Positions 53,108 to 64,000 of a stretch of DNA of 64,000 nucleotides are shown piece by piece. Below the pieces are notes generated by a model. That model was not told the DNA's origin. It searched no databases and saw nothing but the letters and a program-made list of their open reading frames with translations. Each line of letters starts with the position of its first letter. The first letter of the stretch is position 1. The position numbers were made by a program, and so were the translations under genes. This DNA comes from Epiperipatus broadwayi (lineage: Eukaryota > Animalia > Onychophora): positions 868,001 to 932,000 of the forward strand of contig JAQFVV010000011.1 in assembly GCA_028023455.1 (NCBI GenBank). The letters run 5' to 3'.

Positions 53108-53503
53108 GAAACAGGCAAAACTCACTATATGTATTGCCACACACAGCAAGCTAGAGTAATCAATGGATGCCAGAAGGCCTGTGCATAAAATTCCCATCTA
53201 GTGCTTACTCATCCAATATCCCCAGACTAATTTCTGGCTTGTGACCTTCATCAGTGAGGAGCCTTGGATCTGAAAGCACTGCACCTAGATCTTAGAATCT
53301 AATGCAACCCTCCAGAAGCCACCTTTTATCTCTACTTAACTACAAAACTATGAGACTTAAATTGAAAACACTATAATGTTTTCATCCAAGCTCATCAGCT
53401 TATATAGTCACATAGGTCTGAACTCAGTCTTTGGTTTTTTAATAACCATAGACACCACTATCCTATTAGGCAGGAAATAGTAATCACATGATGTTTATTG
53501 GCT
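53108..53503. mobile_element. Family B near-full antisense monomer plus short inverted end; hammerhead 53219-53260 (-)
   Basis: TCCTCA-CTGATGA-AGGT CACAA GCCA-GAAA-TTAG-TC-TGGGGA; ends aatcacatgatgtttattgg. Confidence 0.9.
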
Positions 53504-54257
53504 TAAATAAAATATGCTAGTAATTTCTAACAAGTGACAATTAAAAAAATAAAAACTATTTGGGGTGACATTTGAACATCAGAAGTAACACAACAGAATT
53601 GCAATCCATGGAATTATCGCTCTCAAATTTTCCATTCTACCCCTATACAAAAAACATTAAATGAATATTTTGAGTATCATTAACTTTAATTTGTTTCATA
53701 TTTTCACTAATTATTAGGATTCTTCAAAAGCTAATAACATTATGCCTACACACTTCTCAAAATTGTTTACACTTTATGACTGCACTACTTTTAACATTAC
53801 TAAAACATTATCATAAATGAAACTAACAATATTTCAACCTAAAATAAATTTCTCGGAATAAATTTATCTAAAATTTTTCCTTTAGCATTTTGATTGCTTG
53901 CACAGATAAGTGTAATGTGAACATTTATTATGAACGTGCAACATTATGACCTCTTCCAACTTAACTTGTTGGAATTTCTATAGAAGTGACATTTTAATAA
54001 CCTGTTTATATACTTTTTGTCATGACTGTTTTTCTAATAATAAAAAAACAACAACAGATAAGATAACTTGAAACTTGATGATCTGATTGGACACTGTCAT
54101 CTGGCATGGTGTCCTACTGCCTTTAATCTCTAGAAAAGGTGATATTACTGCTGTAAAATTCAAAGGTTCATCATATATAAACTGATCTCTTAAAACAATT
54201 TTGATGGAAAAAAATTAACATTGACTAAATATTTCTTACTTTTATTCAATCTTTATA

Positions 54258-54390
54258 TAATATTAATATCATCTATATTCTTTATTATTTTTTACAATGA
54301 TTTTTTACAATCAAAACTGTCAATAGTGAGTTGTAAAAAAGCATTGTAAAAAGTAATAAAGGATATAAATGATATTAATATTATATGGAT
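54258..54390. repeat. Fold-back hairpin
   Basis: ataatattaatatcat...ttttacaatga is complementary to gcattgtaaaaag...atgatattaatattat. Confidence 0.75.
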
Positions 54391-54914
54391 TTCGTAATGC
54401 AATAAGAAAGATAAACTTACAATCTTTATATATTTGAGTGACTACTCAATGACATTCGATGGCTAAAAAGTAAATCCCCAAAAAATATTTGGCCTAAAAC
54501 AAAATTTATAATTCCAAAACCTTTTTAGCAAATTAGAATTTGCATTTAAATGCTAAACAAAGGGCTCACAACTTATAAGAGATCGAGACATCTCTTCCAT
54601 GGGGTTATATTACAAATATATTTTTGTTTCTTGGTTAATGCATTAACAATCATCTGATTAAGTCAGATTAATCAGGAATCTTTACTCTCTGGATGAGATT
54701 AACCAGTATTCATTTACTGATTAATTATTGAGTTGAATGTCAAGCGAATACCTAAAAAACAACAACAACTTAGATTTACTTAAAAATTCTTAGTTACAAA
54801 AAAAAAGCTTTCATATGCCAGTCTTCAAATCCAGACTTCAGATATCACAAGTGATATGTAGACCCATGCAATACAAAAATAATCATTATTTAATGAAACA
54901 CAGTTTTAAAAAAA

Positions 54915-55075
54915 GCAGGCAAAACTCTCTATACAGTAGCGCCACTCAGTGCAAGCCAGAGTAATCAATGGATGCCAGAAGGCACTGAGTGACACTACTG
55001 TATGGAGAGTTTTGCCTGTTTTAATAACAGTTATGAGAAAGCATAAGAAATGTGATAATGTGATATTTAGTGGTG
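54915..55075. mobile_element. Family B short inverted copy
   Basis: Antisense to ccagaagg, then switches to sense cactgagtgacactactgtatggagag...gatatttagtgg. Confidence 0.85.
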
Positions 55076-55770
55076 AAAGACAGTTTACTGAACAATTTGC
55101 ACTTGCTAACAATTATATTCATTGTATCAATTTTCATATCTTTCTGTTTTATTATTAAACTGGATATCTTTGCTAGGCAGAAATAGCAACAAATTTAAAT
55201 ACTATAAAAATATGAATATTTTAAAAAAAAATTTTCTTTAAATGTTTATATTCTAGAGATATGAGATTATGCAAATTTATTAAATAAATGCCACATTTTC
55301 CAGCAAGTATTTATTCACAACGACCAGCAGCAAACATTCATAAATGAGCATGGCCATTCTAACTCCAGAAGAAGAAAAAACAAAGACAGAAAAAATAAAA
55401 AGTTAAAAAATAAAATAAATTAGAATAAGAATTACTGTAAATGTACATGTGTTTGCATAAATTCATTGTAGAAATGACTAACGGCTCACAAAAGTTCAGG
55501 CCCTGCAATAATCTAAGTGATTGAAGATGGTAAGGCAACAGCAGAAAAAAAAAGACTGAATGAAAAAAAAAGATTAATTCAGCTACAAATGTTAGGAATG
55601 ACTATTTGGGAACTATGTTAACAGATGATGACTTTTGTCCATTCATTATTTAATCAAATACATCCTTAGTACTACATATAATTTCAAAACCAAGCTTTCT
55701 CCCACTTAAAAAAAAAAGACAAATATGTGCAGTCATATATATTAATCATATGCAACTGATCAAGAATGCT

Positions 55771-56015
55771 AAACCATTAAGCATCACATGATCATTATCT
55801 TATTCTAGCACATAATTGTTTATAAACAAAGCAAAACTCTCCATACAGTATTCAAAGCTCCTCACTGACGATGGCCATGAGCCAGAAACTAGTCTGGGGA
55901 TATTGGATGAGTAGGCATTAGATAGGGATTTTATGCACAAGCCTTCTGGCATTCATTGATTACTCTGGTTGGCACAGGGTGGCAATTCTGTATGGAGAGT
56001 TTTGCTTTGTTTATC
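55771..56015. mobile_element. Family B inverted copy
   Basis: Antisense 55771-55850, then sense 55851-56015 carrying a hammerhead. Confidence 0.9.
55859..55900 (+). ncRNA. Type I hammerhead ribozyme (family B), best-formed copy
   Basis: TCCTCA-CTGACGA-TGGC CATGA GCCA-GAAA-CTAG-TC-TGGGGA; 4-bp stem II, ACTAGT palindrome; predicted cleavage after 55894. Confidence 0.85.
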
Positions 56016-56224
56016 AAGAATGCTGTTATAAATACAATAACAAAAACACCGAATTATTTTTTAATAAGCTAGAAATTATGGATAAAGTATTATTCGTCTG
56101 AGTAACTGTTATTCAAAAATTTCTATTATCCAAACAAATTTTTAATGTGAATCAAATCTTTTACGATAAATATATTGTTAATTTTTCCTCCATTGTATAT
56201 GAGTACACTTTCGGTAATATATGT

Positions 56225-56355
56225 GCATATGCTTTTTGAAGTGGGTTTTATTTCTTTCCTTTTTTTTATTTAAATAAGTACACTTTCAGTGATGTCACAG
56301 AAAGTACACTCAGCGAAATAAAAGAAAGAAATAAAACCCACTTTATAAAGCATAA
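56225..56355. repeat. Fold-back hairpin
   Basis: aagtgggttttatttctttc / gaaagaaataaaacccactt, with an internal repeated agtacactttc. Confidence 0.7.
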
Positions 56356-57609
56356 ACACATATGTATGTAAAACAAATAAATATAAATTTATACACACAT
56401 TTACAAATAAAGTTTAAAAAACAAATATTTGTTAAATATAAATTAATAAGCCAAATTGCAATGAGCTACCTGTTGTTTTTCTCTAAGCAATTTTCTTGAA
56501 ACCTAAAAAATCCATAATCCAAAAATAAAAAAAGCCTGGATCCAGAAATTTCAGATTAAGCCAGAGTTTTGCCTGTTTAAATTTCAGATTAATGATGTTT
56601 TTACCTGTACTATATTTTATTTAACTTACGATAAAGAAATTCAAATACACTGGTAATATAAATTTGTGTAATGTGCAATACATCAATAAATACAAGCAAT
56701 AATATATCACATTTGGAGAATTATGAAAGTTTTGAACCAAGTGATGAGATATGATTGGTTGAAATGTATCTTGGGACTCATTGACATATTTGTTTTTCAC
56801 ATAATCTGCAATCCTGTGTTTGATATCTAAGAATGAAGTTATTAATTGTAAATAATACTGTATATATAAAATAAAGTGATTCATTAAAAAAATAAATCAA
56901 TTGTAAATTAGTACAATAAAGATCTGAAAAAGTATATGAATCATAGCACCAAAGAATCTTTTAGAAACTTCATATCTTAAATCACAATGACCTTTATAAA
57001 AAATGTTTCAGGTGTATGAGTCATGCATGCATATATAAAATCACAGTTAGTTCTTATGCAATACTCCTTTGGGAAATCAAAGATATTTATTGTACTTTGG
57101 AAAATATTTTAAAAATATAATTAGTATTTAATCTAGAGTAAATAAAATTCTCCAATTGATTACAATGAATAAAATTTAGTAGCAATACTGTTCTAATGAA
57201 ACTAAAAAAAAATTCGCACTATAAAAAATGGATCTACATGTGTGTGTGTGCGTGCATTTTCCATTAATAGATTTTTCTTTAAAAAAAAAAAGTTGAGAAT
57301 ACAGATATTATAAAGTAATAATAGCTATCAGTGGCAATTTGTATATACCACTGCAATAATATAACTGCGCAGCATCTAATGTTTAAATCAATAAATAATT
57401 ATTAATCACTCATATCTTAATTAAATAATGAACTAAGAAAGTACTTAAAATGTCCTCATTTATATTAATAAGATATAGCTCTATAATATATTAATTTCAT
57501 AATTATGTTATATGTGTATTGAATTCAATTGGTGAGATTTATATAAAATAGAAATAAATTCTTATTTTATTTTTATATATGGTAATTGTGTAGAATGTAT
57601 CAATTTTAA

Positions 57610-58260
57610 AGAATCATCAACATCCTCATTTTCAACCATTATTGGTTCACTGCAGTATGAAGGACTTTCCAAATTCAATTCACCTTATCTAATCTCTAAC
57701 CTCTCCTCACCATATCATGCCAACATACTTTCTTATTTCATCCATCCATCTTACATGTGGTCTCTTCTAAGGTCTTTTACCACCTCTTGGAATTCGATTT
57801 AATATTTCAACTATCCATATATTATCATCTCTTCTAGCGATATGTCCAGTCTAACTCCACTTCAGTCTCTTAACTCTTTCAATGATGTCAGTAACATCTG
57901 TTTGTTTTCTTACCCATGTATTGCATTTTTGGTTTCTTGTTACTCCGTGCATCTCTTCATACTTCTTTAAAAGATCTGAAGTCTCTGTATTGCTCTTCTA
58001 TTAATTATCTAACTCTCACAACCATAAATTAGTACTGGTAAAACACATTTATTAAAAACCTTCCTTTTCAAACAAACAGGCATATTTCCTTTTAATATTA
58101 AGTTATGTCTACCAAAAACACTGCAACCAAATTTAATTCTATGATTAATTTCATCCATTATGTTTCCATCTGTAATAATAACTTGCCCAAGGTATTTGTG
58201 GTTAACTTCTAACTCATCACTATCAATCTTTATCTTCTTTTTTGAAAAAATCCATTGAAC
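57610..58260 (-). mobile_element. RTE-type LINE 3' fragment (RT C-terminus), disrupted
   Basis: KYLGQVI...EINHRIK...KRKVFNKCVLPVLIYGCES, then GHIARRDD...RIPRGGKRP..RPHVRWMDEIRK. Confidence 0.88.
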
Positions 58261-59386
58261 ATTAAATAACATTATCTTTACAAATATATAAATACAGGAA
58301 AGCAATCAACATTTAAACAATACCAATAACAATCTCAATCTGTTGTCAAGTCAATTTCTTTAACAAAATATATGCAAGGTTTGTAAAAATGAAACTTTCT
58401 ACCAATCTAGAATATAATTATATGCTTGTTTACCATAAAGAGCATCATACTTAATAATTTTATTTTTCACAATTTGAAATGAGTAAAATCTGCTTAATAT
58501 ATATGAGACAAGTCTATAAGTGATGTTAGCTTTTGGTATAGCTGATAAATATTTCTCTGAAATTGGTCCTATGAACTTTGTATTGTTATAGTTTATTATT
58601 TGGTTTTTATATATATCTTAATTACAAATGAGCAAATAAGATGTATATAAAATAAATTAATTCATAGTAACACTATAGAATACAGATCTAAAATATATAA
58701 TTACATAATTGATTATATTATAATTAAGTACATACCATTCAATTAAAAGTTAACACACATATGTATATTCAATGATCTGCCAAAGATTAAATTTTATGAC
58801 TTCAAAGGATCTCTTAACACAAAGTACTGTGATTAAATACTAAAGTACTTAATCATGGTAACTTACTATTTTTTTCTACTCAACTTAAACATAAAATTGT
58901 TACAGAATTTCACGTTCATCCATCATTATGCTCTGATCCCAATATTAAGAGATGCAAAATACTTAAATATTGTTTTTTAAAAAAGATAGAAATATTTATA
59001 ACTGTTGATACTCTGAAAAAAAAAAGAGTATAAAATCTCATAAAAAAATAATTAAGTCACAGGAAGATGACATTAAACATAAAGAAAATTTGTTTTAAAT
59101 AAAAACATATAAATTTGTTTCATTATGTATATATTAAAGGCAAAAGTTGGAAATTGGTCTGGGAATAGGGGATTAAATGCATTAATAATATCTGGTAATA
59201 ACCGATTGCTCAAGTTTACTATAAAGAACATTAGAGAAGATATCTGTTCTTATTTTATTATATATACTGGAGAAATGATTTGTATCAATACTAAAATAAA
59301 GAGGGTGCTAATAGCTCTAAACAAGTTTTTTTATGATAAATGCTACAAGAGAATACATTTGAAATCTTTATTTAGGATTGTATCCA

Positions 59387-59427
59387 TCCCTAGAATGGTT
59401 TCGAGCTATAACTCTCTTCAGTGAGGA
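59387..59427 (-). ncRNA. Type I hammerhead ribozyme (C2), intact core
   Basis: TCCTCA-CTGAAGA-GAGT TATA GCTC-GAAA-CCAT-TC-TAGGGA; canonical G10.1-C11.1. Confidence 0.7.
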
Positions 59428-59802
59428 GATAGGACACCAAATTCAAAATACCAACTCAAGCTAAACATTTATTTAATGCTTAACTCTTAAGAAGATCTGA
59501 AATTTTCAGACATCTACATATCTTTAAATTCAGCTCTCCAACTGAAATAATCATATGGGCCTCAACTAAATTCAGATACACCATATGTAAATAGGCTTAA
59601 CAATTTAATTTAGCAAAGCCCCAACAGCCAAGTGATAATAGTTAATATAATAAAATCATATCATGACTTATATAACTTGCATTTACAAATATGTAAAATA
59701 AAGAGTGTGCTAATAGTTCTAAACAAGCTTCTTTTTTTATGATAAATGTTTCAAGAAAATGTATTCAAAATCTTTATCTAGGATTGTCCCCATCCCCAGA
59801 TT

Positions 59803-59836
59803 CTGAAGAGAGCCATAGTTCGAAACCAGTCTGGGA
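59803..59836 (+). ncRNA. Hammerhead core (C2) at the inversion junction
   Basis: CTGAAGA-GAGC CATA GTTC-GAAA-CCAG-TC-TGGGA; 5' stem I arm replaced by junction sequence. Confidence 0.65.
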
Positions 59837-61791
59837 ATGGGGACAATCCTAGATAAAGACTTTGAATGCCTTCTCTTGTAGCATTTATATAAAAAAAATT
59901 AAAAATAAGCTTGTTTAGAGCTGTGAGAACACTATTTTATATATTTGTAAATGCAAATTATGTAAGTCATGTGATATATGACTTGATCTTATTATTATTA
60001 TCAATAATAGTATTTTTAAAATTACCTATAAACTATCTGTTTACATTATACAGTCTTCTATGCTTAATCTAATTGATAAAAAATAAAATAAAAAGGGGGA
60101 ATAATGCAATATAAAAACACAGGAAAGAATTAATAATAAGTGATTTTTTTTATTTATAAAAGATATATTTTAAAATATTATTATACAATGAAAAATTAAA
60201 TATACATGCTTATTTGTAATTTTTATTTTTTATAGAAAAATCTAATTGGATTTCCCCCTCAACCTCTGGCATCTGTATTGCATTAATTTTTTAGAATAGA
60301 TATATACAGTTAATTCAGTATTCTCAGTCCCTTAAGCTCTTCCAAATTAAGAATAATTCAACTATATATTTCTTACATTTTCTTCATTATAAAGTTCTTT
60401 TGTCATCAAATAATTTACATGTTAAAATTATCTCAAAAAAAAAAAAAAAAATTAATGTAATAGAAAAAAATAATATATAAAAAATCAACAAAAACAATAA
60501 TATTTTTTAATGAATTTCTTGAATAAATAAATATAGAAAAAATTTTCTTTGATAATACTTTCAAAATATCTAATATAAAATAATTGGAAATGAATCTAAG
60601 AAATACATAGTTGCAAAATACTGTAATAAATATAAAAGTAGAATAAGAAATCACTATTTAAATTATTCAATAATTTACTTACTGAGTTAAAAAAAAAATT
60701 GCATTATTAGGGAAATAAAAAATCAAATTAAAAAGTATATTAAAAAAAATACTGTAACTTGTATAGATAGCAGTTTATATACACATAGGTTTATAAAATA
60801 ATGCAATCAATATTTTGTTATGTATAATTGATATATTATTGAAATGAAATTGTTCTGTTATTATGATTTGTTCTCTAATATAGAAATTGTAAATATATAT
60901 AAAAAAATTATGACAATTTTTCCTAAATAAAAGTGCAATTAGGGTTTAGCAGGAGAAGAATGACATTTTGGGTAAATACATTTAACATATATATGAAATT
61001 TTTTAATGTAATGGTACTTACATATTAGACCTGTAGCCCACATTTGTGATGGCAGAATGGCATAACTTTCTCCAGTGAAGGGGGACAGGGATGTTTGCGA
61101 TGGTAGAATACTATAGTTGTGGCTTTTTAACACAGGATTCTGCCATTTGCAACATGGGCAGCAGGTTTAATGTGTAATTACCAATGTATATATGTATCTT
61201 ATGGCATTAAGTGCAGTGGTGAACTTTGGAACTAAATAGCATGGATAATAACTTCATTTACCTGCCATTTCCAACATTCAAACTTCTTATGAACTCCTGC
61301 ATTTTATTTATTTAATACATATAAAAACTAATGCAAACTTACAGTGCGGATTTAAAAATAAATCCCTCTCTTTCTCAATCAATTCTAATTTTAAAATAAG
61401 TTCACTTAATGTAAAATAAAAAAAGGTAACTAAAAACTTGGGATAATTTAATTTACAGGCATTTATTTAGTGTATTTTTTTAAAATTTGATTTTAAAACA
61501 TGTGGGTTTAAGAGATAAAATTAAAATATTACTTTATTGCTCAGGGGTTTGTACTAAGTTCAAGCATCATCAGAAGTGTCAAAGTTTGGTTGTGATTCGA
61601 GAACTTTAAGCTTCAGGGACTATCACTCTACTACTGCATGAACTATGTAGGGCAAAAAATTTGAAATAGTCTTCGTAATTTTCCCTGATGAAAGAATTTT
61701 CCAAACCATACTAAATATGACTACTAATACATTATTCTCTACTACCAAATAATGAAATTCCACCAAAATTTCAGTAAAAGGATATTATACT

Positions 61792-62076
61792 TTATCTATT
61801 ATCTTTTCTTGAATCGCTACCATATAAGGAAACTCTGGAGATTCCAATCAGTAGATAAGATTCATAGACTTTATGAAGTTCTTCCATTTTGCCATTATAT
61901 CCGCAGATTTGATAATTATTAATTATGTGGTGCATGATTTGTGTTTGTTTATATAGATCATTAAACATTAAAATATATTTATGAAATTGATGAGCATACT
62001 GATTGTAGGCTGTCCTGAGTTGGTTGATGGGATTACATCTAGACAAATCAAATATAGAAAGTTTATTTTGTTGAAA
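61792..62076 (-). other. Candidate coding exon or ORF of unknown identity
   Basis: Acceptor tttctttttgcag| directly followed by 94 open codons; no recognisable domain. Confidence 0.25.
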
Positions 62077-62535
62077 CTGCAAAAAGAAATTTGTTTGGAT
62101 CTCTTAGAACATCCATTTTTATATCACAATGTTTCATAGTAGACTCATGGTTGAAGATCCAGAAAGAAAATTGTGCAGCCTATCCTGCAATTAGCATACA
62201 TTAATAATTGAAATAATTTGTCTTTATATGAGCACTAGACATTATTTTGATGAATTGGTTAAAGACAATAAATTGTAAAATACTTTTTCTTTTCTATGTA
62301 CCCATTATTATATATTTATAAAAAATATCTCTATATGAATATGCAATACAACAAGCACAAGCGGCAATGTAAAGGAATGTGGATTTTAAGTAAGAAATCA
62401 AATATAATTTTGTTTATGCATTACAAATAATATATATATTTGACTTGAATTCCTATATGAAGCATCAAAAGACAGGTTGAAATTGATATATTTACTGCTA
62501 TATTAAGAAATGATCTAGTTCACTAGAAAAATGTA

Positions 62536-62620
62536 GTTATTAAAACAGGCAAAATTCTCCATACAGTAGTGCCACTTAGTGGAAGCCAGAGTAATCAATG
62601 GTGATCATGTGACGTTTAGT
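62536..62620. mobile_element. Family B minimal inverted copy
   Basis: Antisense ttattaaaacaggcaaaattctcc...aatcaatgg, then sense gtgatcatgtgacgtttagt. Confidence 0.8.
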
Positions 62621-63665
62621 AGTTTAAAAATGTACAGTGTAAATAAAAGAGTATAGTAAGAAGAAAAAGATCACCAGTGATGCAAAATGGACTTTGTCAT
62701 CACAATAATATAAATGTGTCTTTGACGAGTGCAAAATCAAAATAAGTCATTCTGAAGAAATGCTATTTATATAATTATTAAGAGTTAATGTCAACTTGAG
62801 GACAATCTAATAATAATAATTAATAATACTATAAAATATATATCCTGTACATTACTATGATATTCTACTAAATAAGGTTTAAAAGTAAATATAAAATATT
62901 TTATACACATAAAAAATAGGCTCATTAAAAAGTATGATGTAACTCTAAAAGTGAAATGCTGAAATAAATTTTGTTAAAACAATGTGGCAGCCCATAACAA
63001 ACTACAACACACAACAATAAAAGCTATTATATGGTCCTAGAGCTTAACATATATATATATAATTAACTCACTTTTTTTCCTTTTTTGAATATATGGAATA
63101 AAAATTAAAAAAATAAAATATTTATCAAATTATAGAAAAAATAAGTTTCATATATACATTTAAATAATTTTATTTTTAAACATGATTATTTAAAAATGCT
63201 GTATTTTGGAACAATTGTATGGTTTAATACAGTAAAACCAAAAGCCTTTTCACACGTACTAAGCCTTTAACTAAGAAAATAGGACCGGTATGAGCCAGCT
63301 ATGCTAAAAAATCTGAATTTATTCATGAAATGTTTCATCAATCTCAAATATTTTCATATCCATTTTGGGTTAAAAGGTTAGTCCCCGTGCATAGATTCTG
63401 GGCATTAAGATTATTTATTGCACTAATTATTATACTAACAAGCTTTTACAAAACTAATATACTGATTTCTAATTTTTGTTTGTTTATTATATTTCTTATA
63501 AATTGACAAGAAATATTCAAACAATTTTTACTTAAGTAAAAAGATTCAGAATCCCTTCCGGTAATATATAACTGCTTAAACACAGTATTATTATTATTTT
63601 TTAAACGGGGAGAAATAATAATAAAATAAGTTACATTTACAAAAGTCGGTGGTAAATATTTAAAG

Positions 63666-63930
63666 CAGTAGCCCTCAACCTTTTGGGTTCCATGTAGTGC
63701 CCAAATAACTTCAAAATTTTTCCGAACCACTATAAAAAATGGCATCAAAATAAAAAATAATCAAATTGAAAAAATGTTTATTTTTTTGGTAATCAAAACA
63801 TAATAAAAATTAAATATTGTATTTATTTAGAAACAAAATCATTATTATTAGCATTTTCCAAATTATTATATAAAATAAAGATTGCCGTTCGTGTACCAAT
63901 GGTGCGAATACCGTGGGTTGAGATTCGCTG
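63666..63930. mobile_element. hAT-type MITE
   Basis: Degenerate TIRs cagtagccctcaacc / ggttgagattcgctg; TSD atttaaag / atctaaaa. Confidence 0.65.
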
Positions 63931-64000
63931 ATCTAAAATCATTTCTATTTTATATTATTTATAAATGTTGAATATACGACTAAAATAAATGTATCACGTG

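Larger units (their letters stand above)
59293..59990. mobile_element. Family C2: longer-than-monomer antisense, then inverted sense
   Basis: taaaataaagag.gtgctaatag.tctaaacaag recurs at about 59293 and 59697 (period about 404 nt); ends gtcatgtgatatatgact. Confidence 0.88.

Noticed and set aside
53368-53405. Second hammerhead in family B (minus strand CTGATGAG-cttggat-GAAA)
   Set aside because: No stem II or stem I pairing, and not conserved in the 13.1-kb copy
61020-61141. Minus-strand coding exon before a gtaagt donor
   Set aside because: Weak acceptor; built from short internal repeats, more like a repeat remnant
1249-63748. ORF-track entries as genes
   Set aside because: Short, low-complexity (I/L/F/K/N/Y-rich) frames expected by chance in AT-rich DNA, or overlapping repeats (e.g. 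7708, 14852, 29757, 30082, 52279, 54906, 54949, 58009, 63446)
1-64000. CRISPR array, rRNA, operons or other prokaryotic systems
   Set aside because: No regularly spaced repeat-spacer array, no rRNA-like sequence and no gene-dense organisation; sequence is eukaryotic and repeat-rich

Overview
Very AT-rich (roughly three-quarters AT by eye) eukaryotic, most likely invertebrate-animal, intronic/intergenic DNA. I cannot name the organism and cannot support any protein-coding gene; the ORF track is mostly chance ORFs and repeat remnants. The main signal is a dense population of short dispersed retroelements, each carrying a minimal type I hammerhead ribozyme (stem I - CTGANGA - stem II - GAAA - palindromic stem III - TH - stem I'). 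I count about 28 hammerhead motifs, about 16 with intact catalytic cores, in family A, the mutually related families B, C and C2, and one Penelope-like terminal repeat. Families B, C and C2 show head-to-tail periods of about 405-445 nt, consistent with retrozyme-like circular RNA templates. Most B, C and C2 loci, one A locus and the Penelope-like repeat are inverted pairs (antisense piece, then sense piece, 3' ends outward), one with perfect 132-bp arms. Also present: a ~100-nt tRNA-derived SINE (6 copies), an older tRNA-like repeat, hAT-type MITEs with 8-bp TSDs, RTE-type LINE remnants, fold-back hairpins, tandem duplications, and a few weak exon and promoter candidates. Coordinates were counted by hand; element ends may be off by some bases.
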